A stretch of 64,000 nt of DNA from a bacterium. GTDB lineage: Bacteria; Patescibacteriota; Minisyncoccia; JAHIHE01. Shown in pieces: positions 48,351 through 60,364 of the stretch. A model generated the notes under the pieces. That model was given only the letters and a program-made list of their open reading frames with translations, was not told where the DNA came from and searched no databases. The DNA is taken from positions 68,015 to 132,014 of the forward strand of contig JAUYBG010000006.1 of assembly GCA_030693205.1 (NCBI GenBank), written 5' to 3'. Each line of letters opens with the position of its first letter. The first letter of the stretch is position 1. The position numbers and the translations under genes are program-made.

Positions 48351-48534
48351 ATTTTTATTATTTATTTTATTAATTTATTAAAATTTATTAATTAACTTCG
48401 CTGTTCGCAATTATTTATTGCTTTTTTCGCTCTGCGTCCCGGTACCAATCCGCCATCAAGCGGATGCTACGGGACTGCTTTGATCGTTTAGTTTCTCTTC
48501 TTTATCTTATTTTTCCAAACAAGATAATTCTGTT

Positions 48535-49065
48535 TTAATTTTTTAATTCGGATTTTGCTTTTAAAACATTGATCAAACCAACTACATTTCCGTTCAACAC
48601 TCTTACAAATCCGGTCAAGGGCGAAGCAATGACATTTACCACCTGGCCTCTTAATTCCTTCTTGCCCGGCAATCCGGCCAATAGTTTAATATCGATAGCG
48701 TTAAAAATCTTCCCTTCAATAATACCCCCGACAATTTTCAGCGCCGTAACTCCGCTTTTTATCATCTGGTCGACCACTTTTAATGCTCCAGTTTCCCCTT
48801 CATAATCGAGCGCGACGCCGATCTGCCCTTCCATCTCGCTGATCTTCGTCTCAGGCAATCCGGCTTCTTTGATAGCCACGTCCAATAAAGTTTTTTTAGC
48901 CACTTTATATTCGGATTTCTCGGCTCGCAGCGCTCTTCTTAATTTTTCCGCGTTCGCCACTGTCAAACCTTTATAGCTTATAAAAACCGCCGCTTTGATC
49001 TTGGCAAGTTTTTCTTTAAGTTTTTTTACTTCATCTTCTTTTTTTTGCCGCAATAATGATGCCAT
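48535..49065 (-). CDS. rplJ: 50S ribosomal protein L10
   Basis: L10 family; immediately upstream of rplL. Confidence 0.85.
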   Translation of the reverse strand: MASLLRQKKEDEVKKLKEKLAKIKAAVFISYKGLTVANAEKLRRALRAEKSEYKVAKKTLLDVAIKEAGLPETKISEMEGQIGVALDYEGETGALKVVDQMIKSGVTALKIVGGIIEGKIFNAIDIKLLAGLPGKKELRGQVVNVIASPLTGFVRVLNGNVVGLINVLKAKSELKN

Positions 49066-49260
49066 AAATTTTATTAATTTAAATTAAAAAAATCTGTGCC
49101 GTCCACAGAATTTGTTTGAATAACTAAAATACGAATATTTCAGTTTTTTCATCCTCGACAGGTCTTATTCGGGCTTTAAAGCCATTCGCCTGTTGTCTGT
49201 GGATAACTTTATTTTTGATAAATTAAGTATACTACTATATAAAATTATGTCAAGCCTTAT
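49066..49260 (-). promoter_or_regulatory. rplJ promoter and structured leader (candidate L10 autoregulatory leader)
   Basis: Minus-strand TTGACA-16-TATACT at ~49230-49258; leader hairpin tctgtgccgtccacaga. Confidence 0.35.
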
Positions 49261-49280
49261 GTGATTTTTCGCCTGCAATA

Positions 49281-51245
49281 TCAACTTTTCAGCTGTAATC
49301 TCTTTAACTGCATAATCTCATCCCGAATCAGCGCCGCTTTTTCAAACTCGAGATCTTTCGCCGCCTCGCGCATTTCTTTTTCTTTTATCTTCACATATCC
49401 GTCAATGTCTTCCAAATGCTCGATATTAATGAATTCCGGCGCGACCTCCGGCTTTAACTCGTGATCAATGATCGATTTGATGGATTTTTCGACCGAAGCC
49501 GGAGTGATATGGTGCGCCGTATTATATTCTTTCTGGATCTCGCGCCGGCGATTAGTTTCACTGATCGCCCGCTTCATCGAACCGGTAACTCGATCCGCGT
49601 AAAGAACTACTCGTCCCCGGATATGGCGCGCCGCGCGGCCCATCGTCTGGATAAGCGAAGTTTCCGAACGCAAAAATCCTTCCTTGTCCGCGTCCAAGAT
49701 CCCGATCAATGACACTTCGGGCAGATCAAGGCCTTCCCGCAAAAGATTAACACCCACCAAAACATCGAATTTTCCTTTTCGCAGATCCTCCAGGATCACT
49801 ATTCGATCAAGCGTGGAAACCTCGGAATGCAAATATCTGGATTTTATTCCAAGCTCGACAAGATGCTCGGTCAGATCTTCGCTCATCCGCTTGGTCAGAG
49901 TCGTCACTAAAACTCTTTCTTTGCGCGCCACCACTTTTTCAATTTCTTTTAGCAGATCTTTTATTTGGCCTTGTGCCGGACGGATGACAACTTCCGGATC
50001 AATTAATCCGGTAGGCCGGATGATCTGTTCCACGACTTGAGTGGAATTTTTCAGCTCGTATTTTCCGGGAGTCGCGGTCGTATAAATCGCCTGATTGACC
50101 TTGCTTTCAAATTCAGCAAATCTCAACGGGCGATTATCGATCGCCGAAGGCAGCCGAAATCCATATTCCACCAAATTAGTTTTCCGCGATCTATCGCCTT
50201 CATACATGCCTCCCAGCTGGGGAATCGTAATGTGCGATTCATCGATCACAATCAATAGATCCTTAGGAAAATAATCCATCAGCGTATAAGGCGCCTCGCC
50301 TGCCGCGCGGCCGGTCAGAAACCGCGAATAATTTTCAATGCCGTTGCAATAGCCGATCTGGCGCATCATTTCCAAGTCATAGCGAGTCCGGCGCCGCAAT
50401 CTTTCCTCTTCCAAAAATTTATTATGTTTTTTAAAATAACCGAGGCGATCTTCCAGCTCGCTTTCAATTTTATCAAGCGCCTCTCCCATTATCGGTTCCG
50501 GCACGACAAAATGCTTGGCCGGAAAAATATCAACGTGCTTTGGGTTTTGAATAATATTCCGGTTTAATTCATTGAGGATCTGGATTTTTTTTATTCGATC
50601 GCCGTCAAGCTCAATATGAATTATCCAATCATCCGACGGCGGCATAATCTCGATAATATTGCCTTGGGCGCGAAACACGCTCCGCTTCAAAACCACGGAG
50701 CGGACATAATGCAATTTTACGAGATTCTCAATAATATCATCTCGCCCGATGATCTGTCCGACCGCAAACTGCGTCACAAAATCCTTATAGCTCCCGGGCG
50801 AACCTAAACCGTAAATACAAGAAACCGTGGCGCAAATTATCACGTCGCGGCGGCTCATCAACGCTGAAGTGGCGCGATGGCGCAATCGGTCAATTTCTTT
50901 GTTTATCTCCGCTTCTTTTTCAATATATGTGTCACTGGAAGCAATATACGCCTCCGGCTGATAATAATCGTAATAACTGACAAAATATTCCACGGCATTA
51001 GCCGGAAAAAATTCGCGAAACTCGCTAGTCAACTGGGCGGCCAAAGTCTTATTCGGCGCGATCACGAGCGTCGGTCGCTGAACGGCCGCAATTACATTGG
51101 CAACAGTAAAAGTCTTGCCTGAACCGGTCACACCCAATAATGTCTGATGCCGATATTTTTTCTTCACCCCATCAATAAGCTGTTTTATTGCCTTAGGCTG
51201 ATCACCCTTGGGTTTGAATTTGGATTGTATTTTAAATTTATGCAT
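49281..51245 (-). CDS. uvrB: excinuclease ABC subunit B
   Basis: Walker A (GVTGSGKT), helicase motifs, UvrB C-terminal domain. Confidence 0.95.
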   Translation of the reverse strand: MHKFKIQSKFKPKGDQPKAIKQLIDGVKKKYRHQTLLGVTGSGKTFTVANVIAAVQRPTLVIAPNKTLAAQLTSEFREFFPANAVEYFVSYYDYYQPEAYIASSDTYIEKEAEINKEIDRLRHRATSALMSRRDVIICATVSCIYGLGSPGSYKDFVTQFAVGQIIGRDDIIENLVKLHYVRSVVLKRSVFRAQGNIIEIMPPSDDWIIHIELDGDRIKKIQILNELNRNIIQNPKHVDIFPAKHFVVPEPIMGEALDKIESELEDRLGYFKKHNKFLEEERLRRRTRYDLEMMRQIGYCNGIENYSRFLTGRAAGEAPYTLMDYFPKDLLIVIDESHITIPQLGGMYEGDRSRKTNLVEYGFRLPSAIDNRPLRFAEFESKVNQAIYTTATPGKYELKNSTQVVEQIIRPTGLIDPEVVIRPAQGQIKDLLKEIEKVVARKERVLVTTLTKRMSEDLTEHLVELGIKSRYLHSEVSTLDRIVILEDLRKGKFDVLVGVNLLREGLDLPEVSLIGILDADKEGFLRSETSLIQTMGRAARHIRGRVVLYADRVTGSMKRAISETNRRREIQKEYNTAHHITPASVEKSIKSIIDHELKPEVAPEFINIEHLEDIDGYVKIKEKEMREAAKDLEFEKAALIRDEIMQLKRLQLKS

Positions 51246-51278
51246 AATATTCTCTGTTATTGCAAATTCGCTTTTTTT

Positions 51279-51364
51279 CTGTCATTGCAAGCCCTGTATT
51301 CAGGGCGAAGCAATCTCAAAACTCGACTATAGATTGCTTCGTCGCTTCGGCTCCTCGCAATGAC
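51279..51364. repeat. ~85-bp palindromic element, copy 2
   Basis: tgtcattgcaag...ctcgcaatgaca; ~34 nt upstream of the uvrB start; see 14682-14766. Confidence 0.6.
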
Positions 51365-51428
51365 AAATGAAAGTATTTACTAGTTTTATTGTAGCATTTT
51401 GGCGAACTTTGGCAAAAAAAGAAGGGGT

Positions 51429-51584
51429 TTAATGTCCCCTGTCAAAATCGCTGCTTGGTATTATCGGTTTCGCTTTTTTTCTATTCATTCTGCTAACAAA
51501 TATACAGAGTAATATTATAGCCACAATGGTCAATATTGCGATTATAATAACGGCTATTAAAATTAATGATGCATCTACTGTCAT
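51429..51584 (-). CDS. small membrane protein (51 aa)
   Basis: Not in the track; MTVDASLILIAVIIIAILTIVAIILLCIFVSRMNRKKAKPIIPSSDFDRGH; AAGGAGG six nt upstream. Confidence 0.4.
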   Translation of the reverse strand: MTVDASLILIAVIIIAILTIVAIILLCIFVSRMNRKKAKPIIPSSDFDRGH

Positions 51585-51628
51585 TTTTTCCTCCTTATCC
51601 CAAATCCTAAACCAAAATCAACCGAAAG

Positions 51629-52195
51629 TCAACACCCTAAACTATGCCGCCTTAATTCTTTCCTAATTCGCAAATAATCCGGAATTGTTTTCGCGACTAA
51701 ATTCCAAAAATTTTTCGAATGATTCATTTCTCCCAAATGGCATAATTCATGCACCACGACATAATCAACTATGTGTTCGGGAAGAAACGCCAGCTTAAAA
51801 TTAAAATTAAGATTTTTCCTTCTTGAACAGCTTCCCCAGCAAGTTTGCTGGCTTTTTACCCGAATTTTATTAAAAGCAAAATTATAAATATTATTATAAT
51901 ATTCCAAACGCTTTCGCACCATCTCCAAGGCTGTCTGGCGATGGGTCAGATAAGCATGCCTTTCGTTTGGAAAAGATAAAGGTTTTTTAAAATCCTTAAA
52001 CTCGGCGGTTTTTTCCAAAATCCAACCCGCTTTCTCGCGCATAAATCTTTCCAGATCTGATTCTCTGAATTTGCGCGGCACAGTCACCACAAATCTCCCG
52101 CCGCCATAGATCGCGAATCTTATTCTTCTCGCGCGAACGCTTATTTTTAAAATATACTCTATCTTTTCGCCGCGAAGTTCAATATATTTTTTCAT
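51629..52195 (-). CDS. DUF45/YgjP-like (WLM-type) metal-dependent hydrolase
   Basis: HELCHLGEMNHS HExxH motif; start at MKKYIELRG, since the track N-terminus is junk. Confidence 0.55.
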   Translation of the reverse strand: MKKYIELRGEKIEYILKISVRARRIRFAIYGGGRFVVTVPRKFRESDLERFMREKAGWILEKTAEFKDFKKPLSFPNERHAYLTHRQTALEMVRKRLEYYNNIYNFAFNKIRVKSQQTCWGSCSRRKNLNFNFKLAFLPEHIVDYVVVHELCHLGEMNHSKNFWNLVAKTIPDYLRIRKELRRHSLGC

Positions 52196-52304
52196 AAAAA
52201 TATATCCGATAACAGTTCTCGGAAAAAATATTATTTTCTCCCTAAACTTCAAAAATCTTAAATTTAATTTTTTACTACAAAAGATAATATTTACGTAACA
52301 CTTA

Positions 52305-52862
52305 TTACTTTCGTAAAAATAATGCAAATATAGAAATAATAATAGCAGCAATTGATAGTAATGTAGCAAAAGGATTTTTTTTAGCATCCTCTAAAAAATA
52401 TATCCAACCACTCTTTCCTTTGGTTGTCAATATAATGCTTTCGGAAGTAAAGCTAACACCTTCATCATAATCAGGTCCATATTTACTATCTGCGTAAGCG
52501 TATTTAATAGCTTCTTGTGTACTTATCATTAAAAAACCATCCATTTCCATTCTTTTTAATTCCGCTCTTATACTATTACTTAGGATTACAGGAGTTTGAC
52601 CTCTATGTTTAAGCAATGGATATTTTTCATTATAACGCCTTGTAATTAGTCTATAATTTGGAAAATCAAGATATTCTTCAACTGAATAATCACATAGCAG
52701 ATCTCCAAAATTATCGGCATAAGAGTTTTGAAAACCACTTTCTTCTTCAAAATGTCTTAACAGTTTTATAAGATTTTCTCTCATGCCGCATGAAACAGTC
52801 AACGATCCCTTTATTGTTTTTACACTATCGGAAAATAAATTTTTTAAGAAAAATAATCTCAT
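52305..52862 (-). CDS. hypothetical protein with a C-terminal TM helix
   Basis: 185-aa ORF. Confidence 0.4.
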   Translation of the reverse strand: MRLFFLKNLFSDSVKTIKGSLTVSCGMRENLIKLLRHFEEESGFQNSYADNFGDLLCDYSVEEYLDFPNYRLITRRYNEKYPLLKHRGQTPVILSNSIRAELKRMEMDGFLMISTQEAIKYAYADSKYGPDYDEGVSFTSESIILTTKGKSGWIYFLEDAKKNPFATLLSIAAIIISIFALFLRK

Positions 52863-52888
52863 ATTTTTATCTCCTAATCTTCAAAAAT

Positions 52889-53770
52889 TTAATTTTCCTC
52901 TTTCAATTTCTTAACCGCTTTGGGTAATTTTTTGTCTTCCGACTTTAATTTTCGCTCAAGTTTTTTTGTATCCTCTTCCGGCGGCAAAGCTTCCGGACGA
53001 ATACCGCTTTTAACAAGCATATCCCGCATATTTTTATTATTCTTTACATGCTCCGAAGTAATTGGCGTTTCGCCTTTAAGCGCTTGGTCTTTCTTTAAAT
53101 TAAAACTGGTAATTTCAGTAGCCAGATCTTTAGCTTTTATAGTAACGCTCGGCAAAAAATCCGCCAGCGGCCGTTTATCCGGTATGCCGAGTTTCTTTTT
53201 CATCTCTTGAGTATTGTATCCGCCAAACAAAGCTTGATCGCCTTTGCTGCGAATTCTAGCAAATCCTTGGCCGTCAACACCACGCTCAAATAAAACCCCA
53301 GAAAGTTCCTTTTCAGAAATTGAAAGTTTCTCTCTGGCGTGCACTCGCTCCCATTGCGCCAAACGCTGTTCCACGATTTCCTGTTTTCTGGTTTGGACGG
53401 CAAAATAAGTCATAGCAAAAGCAATCTCATCTTTTCGTGGATCACCATTCTGAGCTATAAGATAACAGGCGTAGCGAGTTAACATAATATCGGCTATTTC
53501 TTTGCTAGCTCCTTTAGGCATCGGTATCGTTTTGCCGGCGTCGGCAAAATGATCGGAAACCTTTTGCTTAGCGGTTTCACAAGCTGTTTTTGCTTTATTG
53601 ATAACATTTTCAAAATTGCTCCATTTGTCATAACCCAATAATCCTTGCAGTTCACGAGCATACCAAAACTCCACCCCGTCTTTTTCATGAGCGCAATCTT
53701 CAAAATTTTTATGCAACCTAACAATTAGTTGTTTTTCCATGACTCTATGATGATTTTTTGTTAAAAACAA
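52889..53770 (-). CDS. dinD: DNA damage-inducible protein D-like
   Basis: Strong block similarity to E. coli DinD by eye (GVEFWYARELQGLLGYDKWSNF...KAKTACE; LTRYACYLIAQNGDPRK; TYFAVQTRKQE). Confidence 0.7.
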   Translation of the reverse strand: MFLTKNHHRVMEKQLIVRLHKNFEDCAHEKDGVEFWYARELQGLLGYDKWSNFENVINKAKTACETAKQKVSDHFADAGKTIPMPKGASKEIADIMLTRYACYLIAQNGDPRKDEIAFAMTYFAVQTRKQEIVEQRLAQWERVHAREKLSISEKELSGVLFERGVDGQGFARIRSKGDQALFGGYNTQEMKKKLGIPDKRPLADFLPSVTIKAKDLATEITSFNLKKDQALKGETPITSEHVKNNKNMRDMLVKSGIRPEALPPEEDTKKLERKLKSEDKKLPKAVKKLKEEN

Positions 53771-53797
53771 AATCCCTTCTTTAATATTTTCAAAAAA

Positions 53798-55873
<2,076 letters not shown>

Positions 55874-57541
55874 TTAATGTTTTAACTTATACTTATAATC
55901 TTCGTAATTTCCAAGATATTTCTTGACTTCGTTGTTCCCGACCTCCCAAATGATATTAACGACTTTATTCAGAACATGCCTGTCATGAGAAACCATAATG
56001 ATCGGACCTTTAAAATTTTTCAGAACCTCCGCCACCGCGTCTTTGCTGGCCAGGTCCAAATGATTGGTCGGTTCATCAAGCAAAAGAATATTGGAATTAT
56101 TCAGGATCAATTCGGCAATTGCCACTCTGGCCCGCTCGCCTCCGCTCAAAGCCCCAACCAGTTTAAAAGCATCTTCCCCGGAAAAAAGCAAAGAACCAAG
56201 AATACTCCGGATCGCCCCATCGGCGACTTCGGTTTTCGACCGCACTTCATCCAAAATATTCTTATCAGGATCAAGCTCTTCGTGCGCTTGAGCATAGTAA
56301 CCTATTTTAGTATTTCCAAAAAACTTTATTTTTCCTTCCAGGGCTTTTTCTTTATAAACCAGCGTTTTCAGAAGCGTCGATTTTCCCGCGCCGTTCGGCC
56401 CGATTATACCAATCTTATCGTTCTTTTCAACCTCCCAAACTCCTTCCATTGTCAATAATGGCATATCTTTTGCCCCAACCATCAGATCTTCAATTTCCAA
56501 AACTTTTGCCGGCAATCCTTCCGAATCTTTCAGCTTGACTTTAATTTTTTTCTTCGCCGTTTCGGGATCTTCTATTTTTTCCATCTTATCAAGTAATTTA
56601 ATCCTGCTGTGCACTTGCCTTGTTTTTGTAGCTTTATATCTGAATCGCTCAATAAATTCTGACTGCTGAGATAAATATTTTTCTTGCCTCTTAAAAGCTT
56701 CCTCTTGTTTCTTGAGATTTTCCGCTTTCTGAATCAGATACTCCGAATAATTACAGAAATATTTTTCAATTCCGGTTTTATTAAGCTCATAGGTCTTGTC
56801 GCATATCTTATCCAAGAACTGATGATCATGGGAAACTACGATCAGCGCCATCTGCCATTCAGCTAAAAAACTTTCCAGCCATTCGATTGTTTCCAAATCA
56901 AGATGATTGGTCGGTTCGTCCAAAATCAGGATATTCGGCCGGCATAAAATAATTTTTGCCAATGCCAGGCGAGTGCGTTCTCCGCCGCTTAGAGATTTAA
57001 CTTTTCTTTTCCAGTCTTTTTCAGGAAAATTGAATTTTTTCAAGGTTTCTTCCACCTGCCTTTCATATTCATAACCCTTGCTCGATTCGTATAAATGGCT
57101 CACTGCGCCATACTCGGCAACTTTTGCTTTCAAATCTTTTCTTTTCGTGTTCGCGATCAGCGCTTCGTATTCTTTCTTTTTATTTATCAGATCGCAAATC
57201 TTGGAATCGGCGGTTTTTGCTTCTTTCAATATTTCATTATCCAAAGAATCCCAGTGCGTTTCTTGCGGCAAATAGCCAAAACGAATATCTCGATATCTGG
57301 CAACAGACCCGCTATCCGGCTGGAACAATCCGATGATTATTTTAAGCAAAGTGCTTTTTCCCGCGCCATTCGGACCGATTATCGCAATCCTATCTCCGCT
57401 ATTCACCACCATCTCGACATCGGAAAAAACTTCCTGTCCCAAAAACTTCATTGAGATGTCGTTCAATATCACCAATGGTTCATCAATATATTCATAATTA
57501 ACTTCAATATCACTTTTCAACATAAATAAAAAATTAACCAA
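55874..57541 (-). CDS. ABC-F family ATPase (tandem ABC domains, no TM)
   Basis: Two Walker A (GPNGAGKST twice) and two LSGGE signatures. Confidence 0.8.
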   Translation of the reverse strand: MVNFLFMLKSDIEVNYEYIDEPLVILNDISMKFLGQEVFSDVEMVVNSGDRIAIIGPNGAGKSTLLKIIIGLFQPDSGSVARYRDIRFGYLPQETHWDSLDNEILKEAKTADSKICDLINKKKEYEALIANTKRKDLKAKVAEYGAVSHLYESSKGYEYERQVEETLKKFNFPEKDWKRKVKSLSGGERTRLALAKIILCRPNILILDEPTNHLDLETIEWLESFLAEWQMALIVVSHDHQFLDKICDKTYELNKTGIEKYFCNYSEYLIQKAENLKKQEEAFKRQEKYLSQQSEFIERFRYKATKTRQVHSRIKLLDKMEKIEDPETAKKKIKVKLKDSEGLPAKVLEIEDLMVGAKDMPLLTMEGVWEVEKNDKIGIIGPNGAGKSTLLKTLVYKEKALEGKIKFFGNTKIGYYAQAHEELDPDKNILDEVRSKTEVADGAIRSILGSLLFSGEDAFKLVGALSGGERARVAIAELILNNSNILLLDEPTNHLDLASKDAVAEVLKNFKGPIIMVSHDRHVLNKVVNIIWEVGNNEVKKYLGNYEDYKYKLKH

Positions 57542-57639
57542 ATAAAAAATTACCGCGCAACTATCGCTTTCTTATCTCTATCAACCCTCGAGACAATCAG
57601 TTAAAATTTTATAATATTGTCTAAAAGTCATATTCGCTC

Positions 57640-60153
57640 TTATACTCTCAGGCTTACGCCGAGTTTATTTTTTAATTCCGCGATTATTTTATCCATAACT
57701 TTCTTTACTTCTTCGTCTTTCAGGGTTTTTTCCGGCGACTGAAAAACAATATGGAAAGCCAGACTTCTCTTGCCGGCTAAATTATCGGTAATAATGTTTT
57801 TTCCTTCGTAAATATCGAACAATTCAATATTCCTGACCAATCCGCTTCCCGCGCCATAAACCGCTTTTTCGATCTGACTCCATAAAATGTTTTTCGGCGC
57901 CAATACGGCAATATCCAGCTTAACGCCCGGAAATTTAGAAAATTTCTTATAAGTAATTTTTTCGGCGGCGGCGATCGCCGCGATCTTTTTAAAATCCAGA
58001 TTGAACAATCCGACTCTTCCTTCGATTTTAAAATTTTCTCTTATTCTCGGATCTATTTCGCCCATAATACCGACAACGCTCCCGTTAACTGATAAAAATG
58101 CAGTCCGTCCCAAATGCCAAACCGGCATATGCGCGCATTGCTCCGAGACAGAAGAATATACGGCGTTTTTTATTCCCAAAAAATTCAATAGCAATTCCAC
58201 TGTTTCTTTTGTTTGATAGAACAGCTCTTTGGAATTTTTATCATAAATTACCCCGGTCAGCATAAATTTTTCGTCAACGCCGCTCGCGCCCGGCGCAAAC
58301 GATCCATCAAGAGCGCAAGTATTATTGCCCATATAATTTCGATAATAAACTTTTCCCAGTTCAAAAATTTTTATTTTTTCATCCGCCAAAGTCCGGCTAT
58401 TATCCGATATATTATTCAGGACGGAGGGAATCAGGCTCAAGCGTAAATATTTATGCTCCGGATTAAGAGGGTTGGCCAGCTCCAAATGATGCTTACTGCC
58501 CGTACCCGCGTTGGATAGATCTTTTTCTCCGATAAATGAATCGTTATATGTTTCGGTAAAACCATTGGCGATCAGCGCGTTTTTCATCTTGTTCCGATAG
58601 CTTACGGCCAAATTTATTTCCGGCAAAAATAAATCCACTTTCGGCGGCGCCGGAACAATCTTCTGGTAGCCATAGATCCTGCCTATCTCGCGAATTACTT
58701 CTATCGGCCCCGTAATATCCAATCTTCTAGTCGGCACGATAATTTCCAAAGTTTCTTTTTTAATTTTTCGCGCTTTTAATCCCAGATCATTTAAAATTTT
58801 GATAATGTTTTCCGCGGGAATTTTAACGCCCAAAAGTTTCTCCACCGCGAGTAGCTCAAGCTTTATTTTTATCGGCCTGGTTTTCGCGTGATAAGCATCG
58901 ATCACGCCGCGCATAACCTCGCCGCCGGAAATTTCCTGGATCAATTCAGCTGCTCTGTTTAACGCTATCAATGTCAAATTCCTGTCCATTTCCCGCTCAA
59001 AACGATAAGAAGAATCTGAAACTAACCCTAAGGATCTCGAAGATTGCCGAATATTCACAGGATCAAAACTCGCCGCTTCGATCACAATATTTTTTGTTTT
59101 ATTTGTTACACTGGAATATTCCCCGCCCATAATTCCGGCAATAGCCAGCGGTTTTTTAATATCGGCAATAACCAGATTGTTCTCGTTCAATATATATTCT
59201 TTTCCGTCCAGTGCCGATATTTTCTCGCCTTTTTTCGCCTTCCGCACAATGATTTTTTTCGATTCAATTTTGTCAAAATCAAATATATGCAAAGGTTGCC
59301 CTGTTTCCAGCATCACCAAATTGGCGATATCCACCAAATTATTGATTGGCCTGATGGATGACAATTTCAGCTTATTTTGGATCCAAAGCGGCGCGGGCGC
59401 CACCAATACATTTTTAATCACTCTGGCTGAATAGCGGCGGCATAATTTTTTATCCTGTATATTCACGTCAATTATTTTTTTTACGCTTTCTTTTTTATTT
59501 TCCGCGAATTCACTCTTAGCGCCATCATAGATCCCTTTTTTCGTCTTCCTGGCAAGCACAGCCGCAATTTCCTGAGCGATGCCCCAATAACTCAAAGCAT
59601 CATGAGCTCTGTCAGGCAAAATATTCAGATCTATAAGCGTATCTTCTAAATTCAAAAAACGAGCAACGGACATTCCGATCTTAGCCTCCTCCGGCCCGCC
59701 TACCGGCGAGGCAGGCCCGCCTAGACTCGCGCTAGTCGAGGCAGGCAAAACAAAAATTCCCGCGTGATTAACGCCCAGACCTAACTCGTCCTCCGCGCAG
59801 ATCATACCATAAGATTTTACTCCCCTCACCTCCCGCTCTTCAATTTTTATGCCATTGGGGAGTTCCGCGCCAACTAATGCCACGGCTACTTTTTGCCCTG
59901 CCGCCACATTGGGAGCGCCGCAGACTATCTCTAAAACTTTCTTGCCCGTGTTTACCGTTGCAACCGTCAATCTATCGGCATTAGGGTGTTTTTTGATTTC
60001 TAAGACCTTGCCAACAATAACCTTTTCCAGACCTTTATCCATCTTTTCAACCCCTTCCGCTTCAAAAGAATGCATTGTCAAAACTTCAGCCAGTTTTTCC
60101 GGCGATTCTTTGATGTCAACGTATTCTTTCAGCCAATTATAGGAAAATTTCAT
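57640..60153 (-). CDS. pheT: phenylalanyl-tRNA synthetase beta subunit
   Basis: tRNA-binding N-terminus, B3/4 and B5 domains; 837 aa. Confidence 0.9.
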   Translation of the reverse strand: MKFSYNWLKEYVDIKESPEKLAEVLTMHSFEAEGVEKMDKGLEKVIVGKVLEIKKHPNADRLTVATVNTGKKVLEIVCGAPNVAAGQKVAVALVGAELPNGIKIEEREVRGVKSYGMICAEDELGLGVNHAGIFVLPASTSASLGGPASPVGGPEEAKIGMSVARFLNLEDTLIDLNILPDRAHDALSYWGIAQEIAAVLARKTKKGIYDGAKSEFAENKKESVKKIIDVNIQDKKLCRRYSARVIKNVLVAPAPLWIQNKLKLSSIRPINNLVDIANLVMLETGQPLHIFDFDKIESKKIIVRKAKKGEKISALDGKEYILNENNLVIADIKKPLAIAGIMGGEYSSVTNKTKNIVIEAASFDPVNIRQSSRSLGLVSDSSYRFEREMDRNLTLIALNRAAELIQEISGGEVMRGVIDAYHAKTRPIKIKLELLAVEKLLGVKIPAENIIKILNDLGLKARKIKKETLEIIVPTRRLDITGPIEVIREIGRIYGYQKIVPAPPKVDLFLPEINLAVSYRNKMKNALIANGFTETYNDSFIGEKDLSNAGTGSKHHLELANPLNPEHKYLRLSLIPSVLNNISDNSRTLADEKIKIFELGKVYYRNYMGNNTCALDGSFAPGASGVDEKFMLTGVIYDKNSKELFYQTKETVELLLNFLGIKNAVYSSVSEQCAHMPVWHLGRTAFLSVNGSVVGIMGEIDPRIRENFKIEGRVGLFNLDFKKIAAIAAAEKITYKKFSKFPGVKLDIAVLAPKNILWSQIEKAVYGAGSGLVRNIELFDIYEGKNIITDNLAGKRSLAFHIVFQSPEKTLKDEEVKKVMDKIIAELKNKLGVSLRV

Positions 60154-60177
60154 AGATCTTAATATTTTAACTCTTCT

Positions 60178-60347
60178 GTTAAAGCAATGTTTAAATTTTA
60201 TTTAAAGCTCATTTTAGCGACTCAAATAAACAAGTATTTTTATTTATTCTTTTGAAGAGCTAAAATTAGAGCGAGGTGTGACTAAGCTTTTTAAAAAATA
60301 TGGTACCGTCCGAGCGTCTTTAAATAAAATTTAAACATTGCTTTAAC
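60178..60347. repeat. 30-bp perfect inverted repeat pair (60178-60207 / 60318-60347) enclosing 110 bp in the pheS-pheT spacer
   Basis: gttaaagcaatgtttaaattttatttaaag and its exact reverse complement; nested imperfect palindrome inside. Confidence 0.6.
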
Positions 60348-60364
60348 TTTATTTTAGCTACTAA

